Below, piece by piece: positions 17,848 to 27,436 of a stretch of DNA of 64,000 bases (positions are counted from its first letter, which is position 1; each line of letters starts with the position of its first letter). The notes under the pieces were generated by a model that was not told the DNA's origin, made no database searches, and saw only the letters and a list, made by a program, of their open reading frames with translations. The translations under genes were made by a program, and so were the position numbers. Source of the DNA: a virus; the IMG/VR virus record IMGVR_UViG_3300042731_002679, positions 4,304 to 68,303 of that record; one strand, written 5' to 3'.

Positions 17848-18271
17848 CCTATCAACCATCGACCCCACCACGCTCCAGCCCGGCCCGTCTACGGATGCCC
17901 TGGTTGCCGAGTTGCTGGGGTGGAAGAAATCCAAGCCGCCAAGTTATGTTGACAAACAGTGTCAACGGTGGATCACGCCGGACGGTGACTTGAGGTACAT
18001 TGGCGGGTGCTTCATATATGCCAACTCGTTTCGCCCGAGCCGCGATCCGGACCACGCCGGGGAGTTGCGGAGGGCGGCGGTGGACTTCACGCTCTACTAC
18101 ATGCCGAAACTCGCTAGCGTAGGGTGTTATATCTGGCATGACGAAGACGGTAAAGCCTCGCACTCCGCTGCATCCCTGGAGGAAACCAACGGCGACAAGG
18201 CAGCAGCCGAGGCCCTCGCCGTCACCCGAGCGTTCGTCGCGGCGATGATTGCGGAGCAGGAGAAAAAGTGA
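17837..18271 (+). CDS. hypothetical protein (possibly phage ABA sandwich-like)
   Basis: DALVAELLGW...F.PS.D...A...AV.RA pattern. Confidence 0.55.
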   Translation: MPTDLSTIDPTTLQPGPSTDALVAELLGWKKSKPPSYVDKQCQRWITPDGDLRYIGGCFIYANSFRPSRDPDHAGELRRAAVDFTLYYMPKLASVGCYIWHDEDGKASHSAASLEETNGDKAAAEALAVTRAFVAAMIAEQEKK

Positions 18272-18531
18272 AGAACCGGCAAATAGCCAACCTTGTCGAC
18301 CAATCATGCGGTCACGCACGGCACGCATGTTATTTGTGCGCCGCAGAACCCGTCGAGGCAATCGTCGTGATGGGACCGAAGTGGTCGCAACTGGTTGGTC
18401 TTCCGCCCGAGGTAGGGTTGTACCTCGCCTTGTGCGGACGTTGCGAACGGGACTACCTGACTGAGGGACAGGCTATACTGACGGATGTATTCCTTCGTCG
18501 CCACCGCTGTAGGGTGGCCGAACTGAACTGA
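18268..18531 (+). CDS. small Cys-rich hypothetical protein
   Basis: CxxC pairs; GTGA overlap. Confidence 0.5.
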   Translation: MKNRQIANLVDQSCGHARHACYLCAAEPVEAIVVMGPKWSQLVGLPPEVGLYLALCGRCERDYLTEGQAILTDVFLRRHRCRVAELN

Positions 18532-18552
18532 TACCCCAAGGGAGAGGATTCG

Positions 18553-18930
18553 ATGTCGGATGAAATTACCGTGGTGGCTCAGGTGTCCGTGGACAACAGC
18601 CCGTATGTGTACCGCGACACCAGTCAAAACTTCGAGCACGACCAGGCGACGGCCGGCGGAACCAAGGTCTGCATGGACGTGGGAACCAGCGAAGAGGACA
18701 TCGACTTCGGCGACGTGGACGCCGGTTGGTGCAAGATCACGAACCTCGACGACGCCATCCCCATCCAGATCGGCAAGAAGGACGGATCGGGCAACATGCA
18801 GGCGATGATCGAGTGCCCGCCCCTGTCCGAGCAAATCTGCTACCGGCCTTCCGGCACGACCTGGAGGACTGCGGCGCCGACGGCCGCCACGCTTACGGCC
18901 CGGCTGATTATCGACGCCCACGATCGGTAG
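18553..18930 (+). CDS. acidic beta-rich hypothetical protein
   Basis: GAGG SD, genome-typical codon use. Confidence 0.7.
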   Translation: MSDEITVVAQVSVDNSPYVYRDTSQNFEHDQATAGGTKVCMDVGTSEEDIDFGDVDAGWCKITNLDDAIPIQIGKKDGSGNMQAMIECPPLSEQICYRPSGTTWRTAAPTAATLTARLIIDAHDR

Positions 18931-18934
18931 GACC

Positions 18935-19279
18935 ATGCGAAAGCCGAGCGATCCGAAACTGGTGGAAGAGATGCGCCTGTTGGCCGTCGAGCACTTGAGC
19001 CGCTACGCGAGGTTTGACCTGAAGCGGTTCATGCGGTGGTTTGCCCGTCAGGCGGGCGATCGGCAGCGGTACTGGCTCGACCAGGGGATCGTCAAGGCGG
19101 CTCAGCAGGCACGCGAAGCGAAGAAGCGCAAGCAGCGCACTGTGCGGGATCGCGGCAGTGAACTCTACAACGACTTGAAGCGACACGAGGCCGTGTGCTT
19201 GACCAGCGACGGCCGCTACCTCAAGGGTTGGGACGACGTGATCGCTGAACACGAACGACGGATGGGAGAACCAAGGTGA
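18935..19279 (+). CDS. basic hypothetical protein
   Basis: ORF track, operon-coupled. Confidence 0.65.
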   Translation: MRKPSDPKLVEEMRLLAVEHLSRYARFDLKRFMRWFARQAGDRQRYWLDQGIVKAAQQAREAKKRKQRTVRDRGSELYNDLKRHEAVCLTSDGRYLKGWDDVIAEHERRMGEPR

Positions 19280-19341
19280 ACGGCAAAGGCTCAGCCCGAC
19301 GCCCGTGCTTTGTCAGCGACGAGCAGTTCAAGGAGAACTGG

Positions 19342-19675
19342 GATGCTATCTTCACCCATTCCCCCCTGGCGGCCGACGTTCAACAACTGGCTTGCCCAAC
19401 GGGACCTGAGCAACCTGACCCCGCAGCGGGCAGCCGAAATGGCCTTCTGCGACGGGTTCACCATCGGACACACGCTGGCCCAGAAGCAGCCGGCAGTGAC
19501 GCCCGAGCAGATGAGGAAGGCACTCGATGAAGCCAAAGCAGGCCCCGAGCGAATGGCCGCCGAAATGGGCCGACCTCCCAGACCCGGAAACCCTGGAGCG
19601 GCTGAGCCACCCGGGCGCCAAGCCGCCGAGCAGGAAGAGGCAACTGGCCCGGATTCGACGGGAAATGGGGATTGA
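19342..19675 (+). CDS. hypothetical protein
   Basis: AAGGAG SD before ATG 19342. Confidence 0.55.
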
Positions 19676-19677
19676 CG

Positions 19678-19824
19678 ATGCCGAAGAACACCAAAGTCCA
19701 CAAGTTGGCCGATGCTTTGCGGAAGAAGGGGCACTCGAAGCAGTCGGCGATCAAGATTGCCCAGGCCAAGACCGGCCAGTCCTACAAGACGGGCCGGAAG
19801 ACCAGGAAGAAGACACGCAAGTAA
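19678..19824 (+). CDS. small highly basic protein (48 aa)
   Basis: Read manually: MPKNTKVHKLADALRKKGHSKQSAIKIAQAKTGQSYKTGRKTRKKTRK; below the ORF-track cutoff. Confidence 0.65.
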   Translation: MPKNTKVHKLADALRKKGHSKQSAIKIAQAKTGQSYKTGRKTRKKTRK

Positions 19825-19975
19825 CCGGGTGAGGCGTCCGAGCCCGTTAAACGGCGCGGCATCTTGGCTTCCAAGTTCACAAGATGCCCTGATTCATCCT
19901 CGCCAGCCCGCCCCCACTGGTGCCGATCGACGCCCGGGGGCACTTTTTTCACACCTTCAACCAAGGAGAGACGCG

Positions 19976-20194
19976 ATGAAGAAGAAGCTCTACGAGTACG
20001 CCGTGCTGGTTCACCCGCGGGACTGCGACACCTGCCTGGACACCGAACTGGTCGTCGGCCCCGCCACGATGCTGGCCGCCAGCGAGCAGGAAGTTACCAT
20101 CAAGGCCCACCGAGCAGTCCCGGGCGACAAGCTCCCCGAAGACCTGGGCCGCCTGGAGGTGCTCGTGCGGCCCTTTTGTGGCTGCTGCTCCTGA
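19976..20194 (+). CDS. hypothetical protein
   Basis: AAGGAG SD; LYEYAVLVHP...EVLVRPF. Confidence 0.7.
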   Translation: MKKKLYEYAVLVHPRDCDTCLDTELVVGPATMLAASEQEVTIKAHRAVPGDKLPEDLGRLEVLVRPFCGCCS

Positions 20195-20630
20195 GTGGAT
20201 CATCAGCGTCGACCCGGGGAACCCCGACTGTTGCGTGGCGATCCCAGCGGACTGGGGCGCAAAACCTGAAGACATCCCCGCTGGTTGGGCAAAGGTCGAA
20301 GCGACAGACTACAGCATCGACCGGCACGAGTACGACGCCGTCCTGTCCTGCAATCACACGATTAGCCGAAGCGTGGCTAGCTCGTACCCGCTCGCCCCGG
20401 AAGAACTACTCAACCGCAACCCATTCACGGTCGGGGCTATCGTCGAGTGCCACAAGTGCAAGGACCCCGACGACTGCCAGCGGACAATCGTGGATGTCGA
20501 CAACGGCGGCGGCTACTACCGCTACCATCTCAGTTGCGGGCACAGGGAGTACGGCACCTCGCCCCCGCGGTCGCGGTACAGCACCATCAAGTGCTCGACT
20601 TGCAAGCTGAACCACTCACAACAGAAATGA
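20178..20630 (+). CDS. Cys-rich hypothetical protein
   Basis: Repeated LSC.H and CxxC motifs. Confidence 0.55.
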   Translation: MAAAPEWIISVDPGNPDCCVAIPADWGAKPEDIPAGWAKVEATDYSIDRHEYDAVLSCNHTISRSVASSYPLAPEELLNRNPFTVGAIVECHKCKDPDDCQRTIVDVDNGGGYYRYHLSCGHREYGTSPPRSRYSTIKCSTCKLNHSQQK

Positions 20631-20789
20631 TCCCAACCAGCCTGATCCACTGGATACTCGATTCACCGCGGCTGCCCATGCCGGCAGGGCATGATGAAGT
20701 TGTCGGCGCCCCCCAGATAGAACCTAAACCGCCCAACCAGAAAGCATCCACCTACGGTTAGCGCCGCATCAATGTCCGCGGTGCTTTTG

Positions 20790-20830
20790 AAGCCCGTCCC
20801 GTCGCGAAATGACGGGGCGGGCTGCTTTTC
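20790..20830 (+). terminator. intrinsic terminator-like hairpin
   Basis: AGCCCGTCCCGTC/GACGGGGCGGGCT stem then GCTTTT. Confidence 0.5.
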
Positions 20831-21058
20831 CCAAGTGATCACCGCCACCACAGAGGGGTTCCGGTGACCGTAACCGACCTTCTTCGCAAGCATCTACTGG
20901 ATTCGCTCGGCTACGCCCCACCGCGTCGCCGTGGCAAGCCTACTAGACCAGCAGACAGAACAGGTGACCGGGGATTTGGTGAAGGCTCGGAGGGAGCGGC
21001 CCAGGCGGGGGCGGTCTACCTTGAGGGAGGTTCTGGGAAAACAGGAAAGGACGTGACG

Positions 21059-21466
21059 ATGAATGACCCACTGCGCGATTACGAAGCAGGAAGTCGTAGC
21101 AACGCAACCATAGCTGCAATAGCCAGTGCCCTGCGGTCTGCACGGCGGCTGATAGCTGACTTGGAATCGCAAGTACGTCAGCCCAACCCGGCCCGAGACA
21201 TCGTCAACGAGTGCAACGACTTGCTGGCGGCGAAGGATGCTGAAATCGAGCGGCTGCGTGCCGGCCTGCGCGGCATCCGCCGGGAGTTCGGGCACATGAG
21301 CATCAACAACGGCACGTCGACGCTCGGGCTGTTCATCGACATGCTCGTGAACAACGACGTGGAAGCAGCAAAGGCGTTGGAAGCCGCCGAGGCCGACCGC
21401 AAGCTCGACCCGTGGGAACCGACAAACCCGTACTACAGAGACAGGGCACGAAAGGATGAGCCATGA
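21059..21466 (+). CDS. hypothetical protein (DAEIERLR module)
   Basis: AAGGA SD before ATG 21059. Confidence 0.6.
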   Translation: MNDPLRDYEAGSRSNATIAAIASALRSARRLIADLESQVRQPNPARDIVNECNDLLAAKDAEIERLRAGLRGIRREFGHMSINNGTSTLGLFIDMLVNNDVEAAKALEAAEADRKLDPWEPTNPYYRDRARKDEP

Positions 21467-21532
21467 CCTTCCAAGAAGCCCGAGAACGCCGAACCTTTCC
21501 GCCGACGCCGGCAAAATGGTAGGACCGCCAAG

Positions 21533-21724
21533 ATGCACCTTAGAACCATCACAGCATGGGCTCTGATAGCCGCCGGCTTCGCCTGCATCCTGGCTGGCGG
21601 TGCGTATCACCTCTTCTGCCGCCCCGAATGGACGCAGGCCCAGGCGTTCTGGAACCTGTGGTACTTGTGGCTCGCCGGCGTGACCCTGACGATCTTCGGT
21701 TCGTCCATGCAAAGCCGCGGGTAG
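21533..21724 (+). CDS. small two-helix membrane protein
   Basis: AGGA SD, two hydrophobic segments. Confidence 0.55.
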   Translation: MHLRTITAWALIAAGFACILAGGAYHLFCRPEWTQAQAFWNLWYLWLAGVTLTIFGSSMQSRG

Positions 21725-21810
21725 ATCGGCCTGAACCCCCAAAAAAGTTTCTTCTCCCTACCAGACAACGACTTATGACCCAAAATGGCCCACTTCTCAC
21801 GGTTTTCTGA

Positions 21811-21840
21811 TTGACACGAACCCCGAATCGGGGCTATCTT
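21811..21840 (+). promoter_or_regulatory. possible promoter
   Basis: TTGACA-N18-TATCTT with CCCCGAATCGGGG near-palindrome in the spacer. Confidence 0.4.
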
Positions 21841-21904
21841 GCCCGTCGTTGGGCCACTGGAAAGGATAAACAGCGATTTTCACGGCCCCGAGCCGATCGA
21901 AAAT

Positions 21905-21951
21905 AGCCCGCCTCCTTTTCAGTGGCATGAAATTCGGCGGGCTTCTTTTTC
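21905..21951 (+). terminator. terminator-like hairpin
   Basis: AGCCCGCC/GGCGGGCT stem followed by TCTTTTT. Confidence 0.55.
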
Positions 21952-22049
21952 GCGCCCCTCCACGAAAAGAAGCCCAGCAACGACGCAAGGGTATTTATCG
22001 TGGAGGGGAGTCTCCGTGCGGATCACAACCAACACCAGCCACCAGAAGC

Positions 22050-22091
22050 AAAGCCCCACGGCCTCAGACGAGACCGTAGGGCTTTCTTTCT
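22050..22091 (+). terminator. terminator-like hairpin
   Basis: AAAGCCC-CACGG/CCGT-AGGGCTTT then CTTTCT. Confidence 0.5.
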
Positions 22092-22119
22092 GCGCCGGCA
22101 CCAACCCCTGACCAACACC

Positions 22120-22446
22120 ATGCCACGAGACGACTGGGCAAAAGCCCGAAGAAAAGACGCCTCCAAGCAAGCAACCGCAGACGCGGCCAAGAAACGTCAT
22201 GGCCAACGCCACGCCGCAAGGAAAAGAATCACCAAGTCTCTCGGACCACACACCAAACTCTGGTTCGGGAAACACAAAGGCCGCCCACTTTCCCAAATCC
22301 CCCGGCCTTACCTGGCTTGGCTGTCTCAACAGCCGGCCGCCTCTTCCTGGCGACTACAAATCCTCCAGAACTTCCTGCTGGAGACCTATCTCCCACAAAC
22401 CTCCGGACAACCGGAAGAAAGGAACTCAAGAGTAAGCCCCTGTTAG
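22120..22446 (+). CDS. DUF3820-like protein
   Basis: WFGKHKGRPLSQIPRPYLAWL motif. Confidence 0.65.
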   Translation: MPRDDWAKARRKDASKQATADAAKKRHGQRHAARKRITKSLGPHTKLWFGKHKGRPLSQIPRPYLAWLSQQPAASSWRLQILQNFLLETYLPQTSGQPEERNSRVSPC

Positions 22447-23416
22447 GCAAACCCAGGCCAGCCGCAGGTTCCCCCAAACGAACAAACGGGAACCAAACAG
22501 TCGCCAAACCCTCTCGCGACCGGCCAAAGGGTCAAAAAGGCTCCGAGGAGCCTACCGCCAAGGCGAAAGCACAGCAACAATCCCCGATCCAACCAAGTGT
22601 GCGGAGTCGGTTTACCGAAATCCGGGGAACCTGGCCGCACAAAACCAAAGTCTCGGCAAGTCGCCCCACGATTGGCCAACGCCGAGCCGTCGCGAAGGAA
22701 CCTGCCAACAAAGGCAGATTGGGGAGGTCAAAAAAACCTCCGTTTGGCTGCGACGATAAATAACACGCCGGGGAATAGGAAGGGAACCTCTGCGCGCCCG
22801 AACCACCTACACCTCCAAAAACCCACCTAAACCCTGCCGTGTTACCAACTTCCACTTCCGTAATATCCTACTCCAGGCAATCTGGGTAAGATGGGTAGCA
22901 CCCTGGGAAATGCTCAAAAAGTCCGGGGAGGTAGCTACAATCTGTGACTTGGGGTGGGAAAAAGGGTGCTGCCCCGGGTGGGTTGGGCACGGGTTTGGCC
23001 GATACGCCTAGACGTTTCGATCCGACGCGGCCGGAATCCGGTGGCGCGTTCGCACGGAACTAATTTTCGCAGCGTTTCCTGTCTAAAACGTAAGCCGACT
23101 CACAGCCTAGACTTAGCCCAACCACTAATGGGGCGAATGGCCCAACAAGCCTACTTCTGAGGGGCATGATAACCTGGTTCGGTTCTGCCGGTTGTCCCGA
23201 ATCCCAAGTGTCCACATAACGTGTAGTCGCGTAACGGAGGGGTTTACTTGACGTAACCGATTGTTGGGATATACTTGAGTGTATGACTTCGGGCGACTTG
23301 CCCGTGGTCCGTTCTTTGACAACCTATCCGAGTTTTCTGCCGATCGGCCGGCGAGTTTCAAGTTGAAACTGGTTGTTCTCGCCGATCGGTTCACCCGTAG
23401 CAAAGGGAGAGAGAGA

Positions 23417-24379
23417 ATGAAAGCCGTAAGCGCGATGGTCGCGGAGTTCGGCAACTTGTCGCGGGCGAAGCAAGAGAAGGGTATCGTGGACCGGGAGTTG
23501 TCGAAGGACAAGGCCGACCGGAACCATACCCGCGAACAGTCGGCGGCTGTCTATGCTGCCCTCTTGCACGCGACGCGGAACCCGGCAGAACAGGGTGATT
23601 CGGCGGCTTTGTGTCGTCAGTCCCTATTCGCCCGACTGGCCGACAAGACTAAGAAGGACGGAAAAACCTTCTATACCTATGCAAAGCAAGGCTTCGCTAT
23701 GGTGAAGGTTCCCCTTCTTGACCGCGACGGGATGACGGCGCAGCTACGCGAAGCTTGCCGGTTGCTGGAGTTCGACGACAAGGACTCCGACAATCCGGTG
23801 AGAGAGTGCAAGGCCGGCGCGTTGTCGAAGCTTTCCGGGTTCTTGGCCGACTGTGAGTCGGACAAGGACAAGGACGGTTCCGCGGCAGAGTTCCGCAAGA
23901 TTGCGGAGACTGTCAAGCCGCGTGCGGGTCGTGAGCCGCGGACGGGTGGAACGGAAGCCCCGAAGGATTCGCCGAATCCGGTTGAGGGCGAACCCGGCTT
24001 GACTTCCCGCCCTGAAGGATTCGCCACGGACCCGTTTATCCGCATGCTGGCGAAAATGCGGGGCGATGCTGCCACCGATACCGTTTACAAGCTCTCCGAA
24101 GTGGTGGCAGGGCATGAGGAAGTGGAAGCGCTTATCATGTCGCAACTGGCAGCTATCCGTGATAGCTGGAGTACTTCGGTGGAGGGATTCGCCAAGTGGG
24201 AGTGGTTTGTGGATGCGGTCACGCATGAATGTTCCACACACTTCACCGAAGCGCGTCTGGAAGCGCTGCAGGAAGCCGAAGCCGCCAGCAAGGGTGAGGC
24301 GAAGCGCAAGGCCGAGAAGCTCCGCAAGGGCGGAGCTACTCCCCAGGAAGTCGAAGAAGCGCTTGCGGGCGCGGCATAG
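23417..24379 (+). CDS. hypothetical protein, first gene of the early array
   Basis: Long ORF; ATG 23417 follows CCCGTAGCAAAGGGAG motif. Confidence 0.75.
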   Translation: MKAVSAMVAEFGNLSRAKQEKGIVDRELSKDKADRNHTREQSAAVYAALLHATRNPAEQGDSAALCRQSLFARLADKTKKDGKTFYTYAKQGFAMVKVPLLDRDGMTAQLREACRLLEFDDKDSDNPVRECKAGALSKLSGFLADCESDKDKDGSAAEFRKIAETVKPRAGREPRTGGTEAPKDSPNPVEGEPGLTSRPEGFATDPFIRMLAKMRGDAATDTVYKLSEVVAGHEEVEALIMSQLAAIRDSWSTSVEGFAKWEWFVDAVTHECSTHFTEARLEALQEAEAASKGEAKRKAEKLRKGGATPQEVEEALAGAA

Positions 24380-24385
24380 TCAACC

Positions 24386-24420
24386 TACCCCCTGCCCTAC
24401 CTTGGGCAGGGGGTTTGCTT
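24386..24420 (+). terminator. intrinsic terminator
   Basis: ACCCCCTGCCC/GGGCAGGGGGT stem then TTGCTT. Confidence 0.6.
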
Positions 24421-24480
24421 ATGCGCTTTTCTGGAGTGTGCAAGCAAACCCCCTGTATTCTCGATTATTGTCAATTCTGT

Positions 24481-24508
24481 TTGACATACCCCCCTGCCGT
24501 GGTAGAAT
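24481..24508 (+). promoter_or_regulatory. strong sigma70-like early promoter
   Basis: TTGACA-N16-TAGAAT. Confidence 0.75.
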
Positions 24509-24679
24509 AGGGGTATCGTCGAACATGAGTGAGGCGGTTGTGAATTTTCAAGCGGCGCGCGGTTGTCCCGTCTGCCGCTTGCTCCCTTGGCAGCGATGCT
24601 AAGGTTTTCTTGTGCGCCGTGTTCGCGGGTTTGCGAACGGTCAAGCGGCGCGCGGCCCCGTAGCTTGGAGGGTGGAATC

Positions 24680-24940
24680 ATGGCAGTTCTCAGACTGGTG
24701 CGGGTGTATTTCCGGCCGGAGGATCATCCGGCGGTGCGCCCGGGGATCATCGCCAAGACCTTGCGCGAATTTCCAGCGGCCGATGGTCTGGAGTTGCACG
24801 ACGACTCGGACGTTGTGCGGATCATTGACCGGAAGGGTCGCGCGGTTTCCTGCGATGGCGAGCAGTATGTCGCGGTAATCAACCGGCGGCACGAATCGGA
24901 CGGTCGCGGGTGTTTCGTGCCCGCGGCGCTGTACGGGTGA
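24680..24940 (+). CDS. hypothetical protein
   Basis: Preceded by motif and GGAGG. Confidence 0.7.
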   Translation: MAVLRLVRVYFRPEDHPAVRPGIIAKTLREFPAADGLELHDDSDVVRIIDRKGRAVSCDGEQYVAVINRRHESDGRGCFVPAALYG

Positions 24941-24951
24941 AGGGAGGCGTC

Positions 24952-25179
24952 ATGGACTTTCCGATCTACAACCAGATTGTCGAATTGCCCGATGGGCGCT
25001 GGCAGGCGTTTTTGCAGTCGGCGTCGGGCGCAGTCCACCAGAAGCGCTTCCGGTTGCTGGAAGAGGCGCAAGCGTGGGCGAAACACCGGGCTTTGACCGC
25101 TCTGCCGCGGGAAAACTGGGTGAGCGAGATCATTTCCCTGGACGCCGCGCTCTTCTGCCGCGGCTACCTGATCTTCTAG
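24952..25179 (+). CDS. hypothetical protein
   Basis: GGGAGG SD. Confidence 0.65.
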   Translation: MDFPIYNQIVELPDGRWQAFLQSASGAVHQKRFRLLEEAQAWAKHRALTALPRENWVSEIISLDAALFCRGYLIF

Positions 25180-25243
25180 CGCGGCCCGCGTGTGGCCGCG
25201 TTTCTGTTTCCTGTCCCCCGTAGCTCTATTGGAGGGTGTAGCG

Positions 25244-25429
25244 ATGAAACGCTGGAATGTGATGCAGTTTCGGGCTTCGGCGATGTCCTGGTTCTGGGTG
25301 GATCAGGTCGAAGCCCGCAGCCCGCGTGAAGCGGCGAGGATCGCCCGCGCGAAGCATCCGGGCCTGGGGCTGCTCGTGAAAGTGGTGGCGACCGATCTGG
25401 TGGCCGAGCCGGTTCGGGTGGCTGGCTGA
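25244..25429 (+). CDS. hypothetical protein
   Basis: Motif plus GGAGG; VEARSPREAA. Confidence 0.65.
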   Translation: MKRWNVMQFRASAMSWFWVDQVEARSPREAARIARAKHPGLGLLVKVVATDLVAEPVRVAG

Positions 25430-25529
25430 CGACCTGGCCGTGAGGGGCTCGGCATCGCGCTGAGCCCCGATCGGGCTGGCCGTTGGTGCGGCTGGTTGCT
25501 GTTTTCCTGTAGCCCTGGAGGATGAAGTT

Positions 25530-25712
25530 ATGGCGAAATTGGACCTGGACGAAATCATGGCGGCGTGCGAATCGGGCGACAACATGGGCTTTTGCACGGC
25601 CTGCGGGGCCGAAGCCTACGGCGTGGAACCGGACGCCCGCCGTTACGAGTGCGAAGAGTGCGGCGCCCGGGCGGTGTACGGGGCCGAAGAGTTGCTGATC
25701 GGTTGCATCTGA
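25530..25712 (+). CDS. small zinc-ribbon protein
   Basis: GFCTACG...VEPDA..YECEECG..AVYGAE. Confidence 0.8.
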   Translation: MAKLDLDEIMAACESGDNMGFCTACGAEAYGVEPDARRYECEECGARAVYGAEELLIGCI

Positions 25713-25827
25713 CGTGCGACCCGGCCGTGAGGGCTTCGCTTTGCCGAACGGTGAAGCGGAGCCCGACCGGGCGGGCCGGCGGCGTGCTGGCCCTCGGTGT
25801 TTCCCGTAGCAAGGGAGGATGTTCTCT

Positions 25828-26166
25828 ATGACACGCAAGGCCAAGGTTCTCTACGTGTTCCTGGCCGACGATGAGTGGGGCAACTTCGCGATGGAGCAGG
25901 TTGCCCAGGTCGCGTTCCACAAGTATCCGTGGCTGGACGCCGTGCATGTGTACAAGCACGGCGGCTGGTGGCTGATGTGGGACCGCGATCTAAACATCGT
26001 CGGTACGGCGAACGACATGGCCCGGATGAGCGAAGCCGCGAACGAGTTCTGGCGTGCCTATCCCGACTACGAGATTGTGGCGACCGTTCGCCGCGATCAG
26101 CCTGGTTGGGAGTGGCCCGAACTGAACCGTCGAGCGGAGCGCGAACGAGAGGGGGTGGCCGCATGA
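25828..26166 (+). CDS. hypothetical protein
   Basis: Motif plus GGAGG. Confidence 0.7.
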   Translation: MTRKAKVLYVFLADDEWGNFAMEQVAQVAFHKYPWLDAVHVYKHGGWWLMWDRDLNIVGTANDMARMSEAANEFWRAYPDYEIVATVRRDQPGWEWPELNRRAEREREGVAA

Positions 26167-26378
26167 GAGTCGCCCTCGAAGTGAACGTAATGCGGCTTCG
26201 GTTCGACCCGGTGATGAATCGCCCGACGCTGTTCGTGTGCCTCACCCTCATCTGGTGGACGTTCTGGTTCCAGTGGTGGGACACGGAGCGATGCCGGGAC
26301 AAGCGGATTCTTTGGCGCAGTTGGGACCGGCTCATGTGCGCCACTGGAGGGGTGCATGTTCATCGAAGCAGCGTATGA
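26163..26378 (+). CDS. Trp-rich hypothetical protein
   Basis: ATGA overlap with upstream gene. Confidence 0.45.
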   Translation: MRVALEVNVMRLRFDPVMNRPTLFVCLTLIWWTFWFQWWDTERCRDKRILWRSWDRLMCATGGVHVHRSSV

Positions 26379-26592
26379 ACGACCGGACCCGCGCGCCGAG
26401 TGCGCTGCCCGCATGGCCCGCAACGGGTCGCATCTGGGCAAGCCGGCGAACAACGAGTCGGCCGATTACTACTGCGTGGACGGGAAGGTGTGGCTGATTA
26501 CGCCGGAGCGATCCGTGCTGTTGGGCTGCTACTTCCTGTTTATGAACGAAGTGCGGCTCGGGATTCGAGCCGTCTCGCCGCCTGGAGACTGA
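26356..26592 (+). CDS. hypothetical protein
   Basis: GGAGG SD. Confidence 0.6.
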   Translation: MFIEAAYERPDPRAECAARMARNGSHLGKPANNESADYYCVDGKVWLITPERSVLLGCYFLFMNEVRLGIRAVSPPGD

Positions 26593-26695
26593 GACCTGCG
26601 CTGCCGACCCGGCGTGCCGCTCCGGTCCCCCGACCGAGGCGGCGCAGCGGGCCGATGGGCGGTTCGCGTGTCACCTGTAGCGAAAGGATGAATCC

Positions 26696-26911
26696 ATGCA
26701 AGCGTACCTCAAGCCCGGCAGCGGGTACTGGGACATCACGGTTCTCGGTATCGGCGGGCACTTCCGGCGGGTCGGCGAGAACCGGATGCCGGTTCACGAC
26801 ATCGAGGTGATCCCGAAGTGGCGCGGCGTAGACCGCAAGGCGATCACCGACGACGGCCGAAAGGTGGCTTTCCAGTCTTACCTGCTGGAGGAGGTTGCCG
26901 ATGAGCATTGA
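26696..26911 (+). CDS. hypothetical protein
   Basis: Motif plus AAGGA. Confidence 0.7.
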   Translation: MQAYLKPGSGYWDITVLGIGGHFRRVGENRMPVHDIEVIPKWRGVDRKAITDDGRKVAFQSYLLEEVADEH

Positions 26912-27143
26912 CTGGGAGCAGATCGAACAGGAGGACCGGCTGTGGCCGTGGTTGGCCGATGGGTCGATGGGCGATGAAACCTGCGATCCATCGTTCGACG
27001 ACCTCTACGGCGATCCCGAGCCTTACTACTTCTGCGATTCGTGCGACTGCGGCTTGTCGGACGATGAAGCGGAGGGCGACAAGTGCCCCGAGTGCGGGGC
27101 GGTGTTCGACAACGAGAACCCGCTGGTGACGAACGGAGGATGA
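26901..27143 (+). CDS. acidic zinc-ribbon protein
   Basis: GGAGGT SD; CDSC...CPECG. Confidence 0.65.
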   Translation: MSIDWEQIEQEDRLWPWLADGSMGDETCDPSFDDLYGDPEPYYFCDSCDCGLSDDEAEGDKCPECGAVFDNENPLVTNGG

Positions 27144-27144
27144 A

Positions 27145-27312
27145 ATGATCTACTTTTGCATCCGTGGAGTTCGATGCAATCCCAAAACCCGATGCAACTG
27201 GATTCCGGCCAGTTGCCTGGAGCGATCTGCGCGATGGACTCACTACGCCCATTCCTACAGGGCGTGGACCTATGCCCCATGCGAAACGACACGAGCGGCG
27301 ATCTTCGGATAG
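27145..27312 (+). CDS. small hypothetical protein (55 aa)
   Basis: Read manually: GGAGG SD, ATG 27145 to TAG immediately before a GACCCGG element. Confidence 0.5.
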   Translation: MIYFCIRGVRCNPKTRCNWIPASCLERSARWTHYAHSYRAWTYAPCETTRAAIFG

Positions 27313-27436
27313 CCGACCCGGCCCCGAGGCGTCTTAGAACGATCTAAGGCGCCGAGGGAGCGGGCCGACCCGCGAACCGGGCCACCGGGTTGACAGGTGG
27401 CAACGATCGAACGCCCTATGGGCAGGAGACGCAGCG

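Noticed and set aside
27390-27420. TTGACA at 27390 (and 31656) as promoters
   Set aside because: No plausible -10 hexamer at 16-18 nt
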